A stretch of DNA of 64,000 nucleotides. It comes from an uncultured Candidatus Saccharibacteria bacterium. GTDB lineage: Bacteria > Patescibacteriota > UBA1384 > CAILIB01 > JAUSJZ01. The stretch is from assembly GCA_964421635.1 (NCBI GenBank), contig CAYQWZ010000001.1:7267-71266 (forward strand), in the 5' to 3' direction. A program made the position numbers and the translations under genes. Within the stretch, counting starts at the first letter, position 1, and every line of letters begins with the position of its first letter. Under the pieces are notes generated by a model. That model searched no databases, was not told the DNA's origin, and saw only the letters and a program-made list of their open reading frames with translations. Positions 49,666-59,124 of this stretch are shown here, in pieces.

Positions 49666-50676
49666 ATGTTTAATCGTCGCGTGGCCATTGACCTAGGCAC
49701 TACCAACACTGTCGTTATGGTGCCGCGTCAAGGTATTGTGGCCCAAGAACCAAGTGTGGTGGCCGTACAAGCAGATAATGAGCACATTATGGCTATTGGT
49801 AATGAGGCCAAAGAGATGCTTGGTCGAACACCTGAAAGTATTATCGCTGCCCATCCTCTAAAAGATGGCGTAATTGCTAATTATCGAATTACAGAATCTA
49901 TGATTAGCTATTATTTAACAAAAATATACGGGCGCATGAGAATTATTCGACCAGATGTAATGGTGGCCGTTCCAGCAGGTGTTACCTCAACTGAAAGAAG
50001 GGCAGTAATTGACGCTACTACCTCAGCCGGAGCACGCCAAGCGTATTTAATTAAAGAGCCAATTGCCGCTGCCCTAGGGGCTGAAATTGATATCGCCTCA
50101 CCAAGCGGAAACATGGTCATAGACATTGGTGGAGGAACAACTGAAATTGCTGTAATTGCGCTAGGCGACACCGTAGCTGTAAACTCTGTTCGCGTCGCTG
50201 GTAATAAAATTGATCAGGCCATTGCTAATTACATTAGAAAAAAACATAATCTTATTATTGGCTTATCTACTGCCGAGCAAGTAAAAATAAAAATTGGGGC
50301 AGTTATGAATACTAAGAAAGATAAATCTATGGAAGTTTCTGGCTCCAACGCTATTACTGGTCTACCCGAGAGCATCCTTCTTCATACCTCAGATATTGTC
50401 AAAGCTGTCAGGCCGCCTCTCAATGAAATAATCAACGCCGTGAAAGTAGTGTTACAAAAAACTCCTCCCGAACTATCATCAGATGTTATGGAGAAGGGAA
50501 TTATTCTCACTGGAGGTGGTGCCAAGTTGCAAAAAATTGACGAATTGTTTACCAAGGTAACAGGTGTGCCATGTCAAATCGCCGAAGATCCACTTTTATG
50601 TGTTGCTCGTGGTACGCTCAAAGCAGTAGAAAACTTAGATTCTTTCAAACGCAGCGCTTTATGGGCCAAAAGATAA
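49666..50676 (+). CDS. mreB: Rod shape-determining protein MreB
   Basis: IDLGT.NT, PLKDGVIA, DIGGGTT, LTGGGA. Confidence 0.97.
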   Translation: MFNRRVAIDLGTTNTVVMVPRQGIVAQEPSVVAVQADNEHIMAIGNEAKEMLGRTPESIIAAHPLKDGVIANYRITESMISYYLTKIYGRMRIIRPDVMVAVPAGVTSTERRAVIDATTSAGARQAYLIKEPIAAALGAEIDIASPSGNMVIDIGGGTTEIAVIALGDTVAVNSVRVAGNKIDQAIANYIRKKHNLIIGLSTAEQVKIKIGAVMNTKKDKSMEVSGSNAITGLPESILLHTSDIVKAVRPPLNEIINAVKVVLQKTPPELSSDVMEKGIILTGGGAKLQKIDELFTKVTGVPCQIAEDPLLCVARGTLKAVENLDSFKRSALWAKR

Positions 50677-51569
50677 AACCAGTCGTATACACAGTTTTAA
50701 TTGCTTTTAATAATGAGCAAGATGTCTCAAGGGTTTTGCAATCCTTAAAGAAAGAAACGGGCTCGAAAGATTATGAACTCAAAGCCGCCATCGGTGATAA
50801 CAGCACCGACTCTGGCAAGAAGAAATTAATTGCCACTATTTGTAAGCAGTACACTTGGGTACAGTATATAGATTTAAAAGAGAATACTGGTTTTGCTCGT
50901 GGAAACAATTTGGTTGTAGCCAAAGTAGCCAATCATACTGACTATATATTTTTGTTAAACATTGATACTGAAATAAAGCGAGGTAGTATTATTAAGCTTC
51001 TCGAAGCTCAACGCGAAACTGATGCGGCCATAGTCGGACCATTAATTGTCTACGGCGACGATAGAAATATTAATTGGTATTCAGGCGGTTGCTGGTATCC
51101 GTGGCTGGCAGCCATTCGCATGGGTAGACGCAATCAACCAGTCAACCAGCTAGACAAACGTCGAGAAGTTACTTTTATTGTTGGAGCAGCTATGTTTATG
51201 CCCATTACTACTTACCAAACCCACCAACTTTTCTTTGAACCTTACTTTATGTATTACGAAGAGAGTGACTACTGTGCACACCTAATTATGAAAGGAGAAA
51301 AATTAGTGTACGAGCCTAGGGCAGTGGTTTATCATTACATTCCAAAAAGTACAGTCAAAAGTGCCAACAGCGTATATTATTTAGTCCGCAATCAGTGGCT
51401 CTTTTGGACCCGTACAAATCAAGGATTGCGCAAGGCTTTTAGCTTCATAATGGTCATAGCCCTTCAAAAGATACACTTTTTCCGCTATATATTAGATGCA
51501 GACATCAGAAGTGCTGTTTGGCAGGGAACTCTTGATGCTCTCAAAAAAAATTATGGCGAAAGAACTTAA
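50661..51569 (+). CDS. Glycosyltransferase family 2
   Basis: ENTGFARGNN, LLNID, FFEPYFMYYEESD; ATG at 50661. Confidence 0.9.
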   Translation: MGQKIKPVVYTVLIAFNNEQDVSRVLQSLKKETGSKDYELKAAIGDNSTDSGKKKLIATICKQYTWVQYIDLKENTGFARGNNLVVAKVANHTDYIFLLNIDTEIKRGSIIKLLEAQRETDAAIVGPLIVYGDDRNINWYSGGCWYPWLAAIRMGRRNQPVNQLDKRREVTFIVGAAMFMPITTYQTHQLFFEPYFMYYEESDYCAHLIMKGEKLVYEPRAVVYHYIPKSTVKSANSVYYLVRNQWLFWTRTNQGLRKAFSFIMVIALQKIHFFRYILDADIRSAVWQGTLDALKKNYGERT

Positions 51570-53709
51570 ACAAATCTTTAAATATCCAATTTGGTGGTGG
51601 TTGACAATAGCTTTACTGATATTTATAACTGTCAGTCCTTTTTTAGTTACCGTTACTCAAATTAGATATCTGAGCATTATTCGTGAACTAATTGTCATTG
51701 CTTTGATATTTTTAGGATTAAAAGAAAGAAAACAAAAAGGCCTGCCATTTATTCAAGATGATATTGAGAGATTAATGTTTTGGCTCGTAATAATTGGTAT
51801 TCTATCTACCATATTTATTACACAAGATGCTGGCGCATTTCTATGGAGCGCTCGTTATAGTCTTTTACCCTTAGGAGTTTTTTGGTCACTTCATTCAATG
51901 CAACCCACAAAAGAGCAAATTACACATCTACTCACTATCTGGATCTTTTGGGCAGCTGCCATAGTTATCTGGGGATTAATTATAGTAGAAGTAATTCCTA
52001 AGGAAACTCTAATTGGATGGGGCTATAACCCCGAAGTTGCAGTCGGTGACGGCCAATGGCAAGCCGCAGCCACATTACCAGCTTGGCAAACAGTAGCCGG
52101 CTCTATTCCAAGATTACAATCAACTATGAGCGGTCCTATTCAATTCGCCGGATTTTCTTTACTTATTGTCTTTCTCACACCACTGCTTAAAAGAACAAGG
52201 TGTAAATATTGGTATCCTGTTATTATTCTATTGGGAATTATTGGTATTATTGGATCTTTCAGCAGAGCCGCTTGGTTCGCCCTATTAATTGTCTGCGCTT
52301 ATTTTATTTTTCAAAATCTAGGAAAATCCGGCTGGAAGAAAAGTGAAATAAGCGCCCTGTTCTTTACAATAATTTTTGTTATTAGCGCCCTTGGTGCAAT
52401 TGTTTTATTTCAACCAAACGCCGAACGATCAAGACAGCTAATAGCGAATATTTTTAATCGCAGCGTTTCTGACCGTCAGCATGTAAATTCCATCTCTCAA
52501 AGTGTTGACGATTTTAGTGACATCGGCATTTTTGGTTTAGGATTCGGCCGCAGTGGAGCAGCTTCAATTCAAAACAACAATTTTAATCCAGATGCACCAG
52601 AGCCTCGCTTCGTTGATAACTCATATTTAAGATGGTATGAAGAGCTTGGCTTTTTAGGAGCAATTATATTTATCAATATTTTAATCCTTCTTAGCCAAGA
52701 GTTGTATAGACAATCAGCCCAATCTAGACGCCTAGCCTACGCCCTAGGAGCAATTTCTATTACGGCTATTTTCACAGACATGTGGCTTGAAGCTGTGCCG
52801 GTTATCACTATATTTGCAATCGCTGGGCTAATTCATAAAAGTGTTGAACCGAAAGAACAAAAAAACAATATCAAACTGGCCAAATATAATCTTACACCTC
52901 TCACATTCAGCAACTTTATAAACAAAATTTTTCAATTATCTAAGAATAAAAAAGCCAATCATGTTATTACTCTAAACCCAGAAATGATGGTGGAGTCTTA
53001 TAAAAATAAGAATCTACGCGAAACAATGACAAACGCTGACTATATTACGGCTGATGGCGTAGGTATTTTAGCAGCTGCATCGTATCAGCATTACAATAAA
53101 TACAAATCAAAGTTCACTTACTGGCTGTTCTCTCCATTTATCTGGCTTTATACTGCATATCAATTACTGTTTACTCCTGACAAACTTAATCCTCATTTAT
53201 TCCGTATTACTGGTTCAGACTTAGTAAATTCAATTCTAGAGAGAGGCAACGAAGAAAATATTCGGCTAGCTATTTTAGGCAGTACAGACCAAGTTATCAA
53301 AGAAGCTAAAAGTCGAATTGAGAGAAATTATCCAAATATTCGTTTAGTATTTGCCGATAACGGTCCAAAGACTGTGCAATCAGATGGATCAATTGCAGAA
53401 CACGAGATGAGAAGGCTTGCCTCAGTAATTCAGCATTGTCAGCCAAACATATTACTACTAGCATTTGGCGTGCCAAAACAAGAGCTATTTATTAATCGTT
53501 ATAAAAACATCCTTAAGGTCCCCGTAATGATTGGGGTAAGTGGAGCTTTTGATATGGTACTGGCAAATAGAATAAAAAGAGCACCAAAAATATTTCGTAT
53601 CATGCAGTTGGAATGGCTTTGGAGATTAATCAAACAACCGAGCCGAATAAAAAGAATATATACTGCTGTAATTAAATTTCCACTTTTGCACACAAAAGAT
53701 AGCGTTTAG
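51553..53709 (+). CDS. O-antigen ligase/Wzy-like membrane domain fused to WecB/TagA/CpsF glycosyltransferase
   Basis: N part: many TMs, SFSRAAW, GLGFG, DNSYL..EELG; C part: TLNPE, ADGVG, RITGSDL, GVPKQE, RAP..LEWLWRL. Confidence 0.85.
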   Translation: MAKELKQIFKYPIWWWLTIALLIFITVSPFLVTVTQIRYLSIIRELIVIALIFLGLKERKQKGLPFIQDDIERLMFWLVIIGILSTIFITQDAGAFLWSARYSLLPLGVFWSLHSMQPTKEQITHLLTIWIFWAAAIVIWGLIIVEVIPKETLIGWGYNPEVAVGDGQWQAAATLPAWQTVAGSIPRLQSTMSGPIQFAGFSLLIVFLTPLLKRTRCKYWYPVIILLGIIGIIGSFSRAAWFALLIVCAYFIFQNLGKSGWKKSEISALFFTIIFVISALGAIVLFQPNAERSRQLIANIFNRSVSDRQHVNSISQSVDDFSDIGIFGLGFGRSGAASIQNNNFNPDAPEPRFVDNSYLRWYEELGFLGAIIFINILILLSQELYRQSAQSRRLAYALGAISITAIFTDMWLEAVPVITIFAIAGLIHKSVEPKEQKNNIKLAKYNLTPLTFSNFINKIFQLSKNKKANHVITLNPEMMVESYKNKNLRETMTNADYITADGVGILAAASYQHYNKYKSKFTYWLFSPFIWLYTAYQLLFTPDKLNPHLFRITGSDLVNSILERGNEENIRLAILGSTDQVIKEAKSRIERNYPNIRLVFADNGPKTVQSDGSIAEHEMRRLASVIQHCQPNILLLAFGVPKQELFINRYKNILKVPVMIGVSGAFDMVLANRIKRAPKIFRIMQLEWLWRLIKQPSRIKRIYTAVIKFPLLHTKDSV

Positions 53710-53711
53710 TA

Positions 53712-53740
53712 TTGACTTATCAACAGGTTTGAGCTAATGT
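53712..53740 (+). promoter_or_regulatory. Promoter for nusA
   Basis: TTGACT-17 nt-TAATGT. Confidence 0.65.
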
Positions 53741-53746
53741 AATATC

Positions 53747-53772
53747 ACACGCAATAGATTGCGTGTATTTTT
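53747..53772 (+). terminator. Terminator-like hairpin in the nusA leader (or terminator of upstream operon)
   Basis: ACACGCAA-TAGA-TTGCGTGT followed by ATTTTT. Confidence 0.6.
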
Positions 53773-53792
53773 ATAGAAATTAACTAAATATC

Positions 53793-54902
53793 ATGTCTGT
53801 ATCACCATTTTTAGCCGCCGTCAACCAGATTGTTGACGAAAAGGGCATCTCTAAAGAACAAGTTATTGAAACAATTGAAGCTGCAATTGCTGCTGCTTAT
53901 CGCCGAGATTACGGTGATCCAGATTGGGCAGTTGTCGCTGAATTTAATCTTGAAACAGCAAAATTTAAAGTCTATCGAGTTTTTGATGTACTAGAAAAAG
54001 AAGAAGAAATTGAGGAGCCTGAAAGAGAACTTACCCTCAAGGAAGCTAAAAGATTAGATAAGAAAGCCACAGTTGGCAAACAAATTAAACAGAAATTAGA
54101 ACAGAAAGAAGATTTTGGGCGCATTGCTGCTCAGACTGCCAAGCAGGTTATTATTCAAAGATTAAGAGAGGCTGAAAGAGATGTACTTTTCAACGAATTT
54201 AAAGAGAACGAACACAAATTACTTAATGGTACCGTTCAGCAGATTGAAGGTAAGAATGTAATAATTAATCTTGGCCGAATTAATGGAGTGCTCATTCCTA
54301 AAGAACAGGTACCTGGCGAAGACTACCATGTTGGTAAACGCCTTAAGGTTTTTGTGAAGGAAGTTGCAGACACTGGTCGTGGAATGCAAGTAATTGTATC
54401 TCGTTCAGATCAAAGATTAATCGAAGAACTATTCTATAAAGAAGTGCCTGAGATCGCTGAGGGTGCAGTCGAAATTAGAGCTATAGCTCGTGAAGCTGGT
54501 AGCCGTACTAAAATCGCCATCTTTACTGATGTGAAAGGTTTAGACCCGGTTGGCTCTTGTGTCGGCCAAAAAGGTACTAGAGTACACGCCATTAGAGCTG
54601 AAATAGGAGACGAGATGATTGATATTACTATTTGGGATGAAGACATCGACCAATTTATTATTAATGCTTTATCACCAGCCTCTATTAATAAAGTAAAAAG
54701 AGATGAAAAAGAAAGTCATGCCACTGTGTATGTAGATGAAGATCAGCTTTCGCTAGCTATTGGTCGTAGTGGTCAAAATGTTCGTTTAGCATCTAAACTC
54801 ACTGGCTATACTATTGATGTTGAGCGAAGTGATGGAAAATCTAGAGAAAAAGTTGAAGATAAAACCAAGACAGAAGACAAAGCTCCTAAAAAAGATAAAT
54901 AA
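53793..54902 (+). CDS. nusA: Transcription termination/antitermination factor NusA
   Basis: FGRIAAQTAKQVIIQ, EVPEI, AREAGSRTK, AIGRSGQNVRLA. Confidence 0.98.
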   Translation: MSVSPFLAAVNQIVDEKGISKEQVIETIEAAIAAAYRRDYGDPDWAVVAEFNLETAKFKVYRVFDVLEKEEEIEEPERELTLKEAKRLDKKATVGKQIKQKLEQKEDFGRIAAQTAKQVIIQRLREAERDVLFNEFKENEHKLLNGTVQQIEGKNVIINLGRINGVLIPKEQVPGEDYHVGKRLKVFVKEVADTGRGMQVIVSRSDQRLIEELFYKEVPEIAEGAVEIRAIAREAGSRTKIAIFTDVKGLDPVGSCVGQKGTRVHAIRAEIGDEMIDITIWDEDIDQFIINALSPASINKVKRDEKESHATVYVDEDQLSLAIGRSGQNVRLASKLTGYTIDVERSDGKSREKVEDKTKTEDKAPKKDK

Positions 54903-57286
54903 TGGGTCTTCTAGCTGATCTTCTAAGCGACTCAACACAGGCTATATTATTTAAAGCCCAAGATTATGCTGACAGTAGAAAGGAGACTCTCAATACTGCT
55001 CATGTAATCAAGGCTATGTTTGATATTAAAGGAACAACCGCCTTTGATCTTTTGAGATCAACTGGTCTCAAAACGGTTTCTCTTATTAAATACGCTAAAA
55101 ATAATGAGGGTAGAAATGAGATCTCTGAATTAGTAGAAAGGTCTGCTAAAATAGCTCGCAATTACGAATTTAGCTTTGTGGAGCCAGAACACCTTCTTTT
55201 TGTAATTTTAAAGAATGATCATTTTCTTGGTTATAAAATTATTCATTCGAATCAGATTGATATTAATCATCTTATCGGCAGAATCTCTGAATGGCTGTAT
55301 GGCATCTCAATTTTGAGGTCTATCACAAATAAACCAAATCATGAAGTTGGAGTTAGTGAGAAACAGGCTGTGGTGCCAAATGACATACCGATACCTAAAG
55401 CTACTCTCGATAGCTTCGCCATCAATCTTAGTCAAAAAGCAAAAGAAGGATTACTTGACCCAGTCGTTGATCGAAATGATGAACTGCAAAATATCATCAA
55501 TACTCTCTTAAGACGAAACAAGAATAATGTCTTACTAATAGGAGATCCTGGTATTGGGAAAACTGCTTTAGCACACGGTTTAGCCACCGCTATTATGAAG
55601 GGCAATGTGCCAGTCAATCTTAAGCATAAACTTATTTACGAACTTTCTGTATCAAGTTTGGTAGCAGGCACAATGTACCGTGGACAGTTTGAAGAAAGAG
55701 TAAAAGATTTATTAGATGATATTAAAAATAGAGGAAATGTAATTTTATTCATAGATGAAATCCACACTCTAAATGGCACCGGCAGTACAGAAGGTACTCT
55801 CGACCTAGCCAATATTTTAAAACCAGCTCTAACTCGAGGTGAGGTTTCTATTATTGGTGCTACAACTTACGAAGAGTATAATAAATATTTTGCTCAAGAC
55901 AAAGCGCTCGAGCGCCGTTTCCAAAACATTGTGTTATCTGAACCCAACGATCAATCTACCTTTCAAATGGTAAAAAGTTTGGCTAAAAATTTTGAATCTC
56001 ATCATCGTACAAAAATTTTAACTGATTCTATTAAGAGAGCTATAGAATTGTCAAATAAATATATGCCGAACAGATTTCAACCAGACAAAACTATAGATTT
56101 AATTGATGAAGCTTGCTCAAACATTCAGACAAAAATAAAAATATCAGCTGAAGAGAAAGATTTACAAAAAAAGCTAACTAAAGTAATAGATAAAAAAATA
56201 AAGCTAATCAATAAAGGTCAATTAGAGCTTGCCTTAAGAATTAAAGATCAAGAAGTAAAATTAATCAAACAATTATCACAGCTACAAAAAAAGAAGGGGA
56301 CTACACTTTCTGTTAAAGATATCGAAAACATTGTATCTTTAAAAACTAATATTCCTTTGTCTGTTATTCAACAGGACTTGGTTGGCAAAGAAGCGCTTGA
56401 AAACAATCTAAAGAAAAAAATATTTGGTCAAGACAAGGCTATTAATATTGTGTCGAGAGCTATTGCTAGAGCAAATTTAGGATTTAAAAAAAATCAACGC
56501 CCCGTAGCATCCTTCTTGTTCGTCGGCCCAACTGGGGTTGGAAAATCTGAACTGGCTAAGATACTAGCGCAAACCGCTTATGCTCACACCGATTCTCTCA
56601 TTAAACTTGATATGAGTGAATACTCGCAAAAACATACTGTTAGCCAACTTATTGGTTCTCCAAAAGGATATATAGGATACGAAGAAGGCGGTTCCCTAAC
56701 TTCACAAATTAGAAAACAGCCCTACAGCGTAGTCTTATTTGACGAAATAGAGAAAGCACATCCTGAAGTTTTCAATATCTTATTGCAGGTTCTTGAAGAC
56801 GGCGTTTTGACAGACAATCATAATCAAAAATCGTACTTTAATCACGCTATTATTATTCTGACTTCAAATTTAGGCAGTGAAAAATTTAATCAAAACAATT
56901 TAGGATTTGTAGCAAAGAATGGCAAATTTAATTTAGAAATTAAAAATATTGTTAAAGATTTTATAAAGCCAGAATTACTTTCTAGATTATCTGACATCAT
57001 TTATTTTAATCCTTTAAGCAAATCTGCTATCAACAAGATCACTCGCCAAAGATTGGCTGAAACGAAAAACAATTTAAGAAAAAGGGGAGTGCGAATTAAA
57101 ATTTCTGGCAAAGTTACTACTTGGTTAAATAAATTTTACAATCCTCAAAAAGGAGCTCGCTCAATTGATGAGATAGTAACTACAAAATTTGAAGATAATC
57201 TAGTTGAAACACTTTTTAATAGCAAGGATGCGAAAAATCTTGAAGCAAATATTGATAAAGAAGAATTAAAAATTTCTAGACTTTGA
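54902..57286 (+). CDS. ATP-dependent Clp protease ATPase, ClpC-like
   Basis: Two AAA+ modules (GDPGIGKT/FIDE, GPTGVGKS/FDEIEK), short UVR-like M domain, LGF loop. Confidence 0.9.
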   Translation: MGLLADLLSDSTQAILFKAQDYADSRKETLNTAHVIKAMFDIKGTTAFDLLRSTGLKTVSLIKYAKNNEGRNEISELVERSAKIARNYEFSFVEPEHLLFVILKNDHFLGYKIIHSNQIDINHLIGRISEWLYGISILRSITNKPNHEVGVSEKQAVVPNDIPIPKATLDSFAINLSQKAKEGLLDPVVDRNDELQNIINTLLRRNKNNVLLIGDPGIGKTALAHGLATAIMKGNVPVNLKHKLIYELSVSSLVAGTMYRGQFEERVKDLLDDIKNRGNVILFIDEIHTLNGTGSTEGTLDLANILKPALTRGEVSIIGATTYEEYNKYFAQDKALERRFQNIVLSEPNDQSTFQMVKSLAKNFESHHRTKILTDSIKRAIELSNKYMPNRFQPDKTIDLIDEACSNIQTKIKISAEEKDLQKKLTKVIDKKIKLINKGQLELALRIKDQEVKLIKQLSQLQKKKGTTLSVKDIENIVSLKTNIPLSVIQQDLVGKEALENNLKKKIFGQDKAINIVSRAIARANLGFKKNQRPVASFLFVGPTGVGKSELAKILAQTAYAHTDSLIKLDMSEYSQKHTVSQLIGSPKGYIGYEEGGSLTSQIRKQPYSVVLFDEIEKAHPEVFNILLQVLEDGVLTDNHNQKSYFNHAIIILTSNLGSEKFNQNNLGFVAKNGKFNLEIKNIVKDFIKPELLSRLSDIIYFNPLSKSAINKITRQRLAETKNNLRKRGVRIKISGKVTTWLNKFYNPQKGARSIDEIVTTKFEDNLVETLFNSKDAKNLEANIDKEELKISRL

Positions 57287-57311
57287 CACAAAGGCAGGGC
57301 TGTGATAGCGT
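57283..57311 (+). promoter_or_regulatory. Promoter for hisS
   Basis: TTGACA (overlaps clp TGA stop)-17 nt-TAGCGT with extended TG. Confidence 0.55.
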
Positions 57312-57340
57312 TTTGATTAGCGAAATAATAATTGTGCCGT

Positions 57341-58657
57341 ATGTCAAAAAGAGAAGAAATTAGAACTATAAGAGGTGTAAAAGATATCCTTCCTAAAGAT
57401 CAATTAAAGTGGCGATATGCTATTGATCAGTTCGAAAATTTGGCCGACCTATTTGGCTTTAATAAAATAAATGTTCCGGCAATTGAGTACGCGGAGCTGT
57501 TCGATCGTTCAATTGGCTCCGAAACTGATATTGTCAGTAAAGAACTTTTTTTAGTTAGCCAAAAAAGTGGTAAGAACGACCGTTTAATGGCGCTGCGACC
57601 TGAATTTACCGCTGGCATAGTTCGAGCCTATAATGAAAATGGTTTAAAGCAACTTCCTCAACCTTTGCGCTTATTTACTCACGGATCTGTATTCCGTTAT
57701 GATCGACCGCAAAAAGGTCGTTACCGCGAACATAACCAGCTTGACTTGGAAATTATTGGTACCAATTCTGCTGCCGATGACGCTTGGGTGATTTACTTAG
57801 GCTGGACTCTTCTAAAAAAACTGGGCGTAAAAAATGCAGTAGTGCAAATCAACTCTCTAGGCTCAAAAGAAAATCAGAAAGAATACATTAAGCAATTACA
57901 GAAATATTTTGCTCCACACAAAGACAAGCTAAATGAAACAGACAAACGAAGACTTGAGATGAATCCTATGAGAGTTATGGATAGTAAAGATGAGAGTATA
58001 AAGAAACTAATTGATGATGCTCCACAAACTATCGATTTTCTAGATAAAGAGACAAAAGAATTTTTCTTTAATTTATTATCTTACCTTGACGATTACCAAG
58101 TCACTTATAATCTTAATCCGCAAATAGTCCGCGGACTTGATTACTACACTCACACCGCTTTTGAATTCACCGTCGAAAATAGTAAAGGTCAACAAGGGTC
58201 AATAGGTGGGGGTGGGCGTTATGATGGATTATCAGAATTAATTGGAGGCACTAAAGCTCCAGGGGTTGGGCTGGGAATTGGATTAGAAAGGTTAATGCAG
58301 GTAATGAAAGATCATCCACCCAAGAAATATCAAATGAAAGGTCAGACAGATATATTTATTGTTCACCTTAGCAACAGAGGCAGAAAAAGAGCTCAAGAAA
58401 TTTTAGAACAGCTACATAATGCTAATTTTACAACGCTTCATGCACCAGACAGACCAAGCCTACGCGCCCAATTAAAGAAAGCGGATAAAATTGGTGCCAA
58501 ATACAGCGTCATTATTGGCGAGACTGAAGCTAAAAGTAATAACTGTATTTTGAGAGATATGAAGTCTGGCATTCAGGAAGACATTCAGTACAGCGATTTA
58601 CTTGACACTCTAACCGATAGATTACGCAACGGCAGATCTGCCAAGCCGCTTAAATAA
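57341..58657 (+). CDS. hisS: Histidyl-tRNA synthetase
   Basis: RGVKD, LRPEFTA, FRYDRPQKGRYRE, VRGLDYY, GGGRYD; ATG at 57341. Confidence 0.98.
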   Translation: MSKREEIRTIRGVKDILPKDQLKWRYAIDQFENLADLFGFNKINVPAIEYAELFDRSIGSETDIVSKELFLVSQKSGKNDRLMALRPEFTAGIVRAYNENGLKQLPQPLRLFTHGSVFRYDRPQKGRYREHNQLDLEIIGTNSAADDAWVIYLGWTLLKKLGVKNAVVQINSLGSKENQKEYIKQLQKYFAPHKDKLNETDKRRLEMNPMRVMDSKDESIKKLIDDAPQTIDFLDKETKEFFFNLLSYLDDYQVTYNLNPQIVRGLDYYTHTAFEFTVENSKGQQGSIGGGGRYDGLSELIGGTKAPGVGLGIGLERLMQVMKDHPPKKYQMKGQTDIFIVHLSNRGRKRAQEILEQLHNANFTTLHAPDRPSLRAQLKKADKIGAKYSVIIGETEAKSNNCILRDMKSGIQEDIQYSDLLDTLTDRLRNGRSAKPLK

Positions 58658-59103
58658 TGTTACAGGTAGCCCTGCTCGATATTAGATCTTGCGCTAATGT
58701 TGGTAATATTTTACGAACTGCCAAAGCTTTTGAATTTAGTCAAATCCATTTAATTGGCACCACACCAAGCCATAATAGAAAAGAGGTACAAAAAGTGGCC
58801 CTTGGCGGCGAGATTAATAAATTTTACTATTATAAAACTTGGTCAGAATTTATAGTTAAAAATTCTAATTCAAATATTATTGCTATCGAAACAGGTGGTC
58901 AAAAACTTTATAGCTATAAACCTAAAAAAGAGAATATAATCTTAGTTCTCGGTACTGAGCGAGCAGGATTATCAGAAGCAGAACTTAAAGATTGCACCAC
59001 GGTACTATCTGTTAATCACGCCATGAAGAAAATAAAAAGCTTAAACGTTGCTTCAGCTTTTGCCATTGCCAGTTCTTATTTTTATAATCATTTATCAGAC
59101 TAG
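58657..59103 (+). CDS. SpoU/TrmH family RNA 2'-O-methyltransferase
   Basis: NVGNILRT, LVLGTERAGL, SLNVASA. Confidence 0.9.
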   Translation: MLQVALLDIRSCANVGNILRTAKAFEFSQIHLIGTTPSHNRKEVQKVALGGEINKFYYYKTWSEFIVKNSNSNIIAIETGGQKLYSYKPKKENIILVLGTERAGLSEAELKDCTTVLSVNHAMKKIKSLNVASAFAIASSYFYNHLSD

Positions 59104-59124
59104 TTTAGTGATAAGATTGACTTA

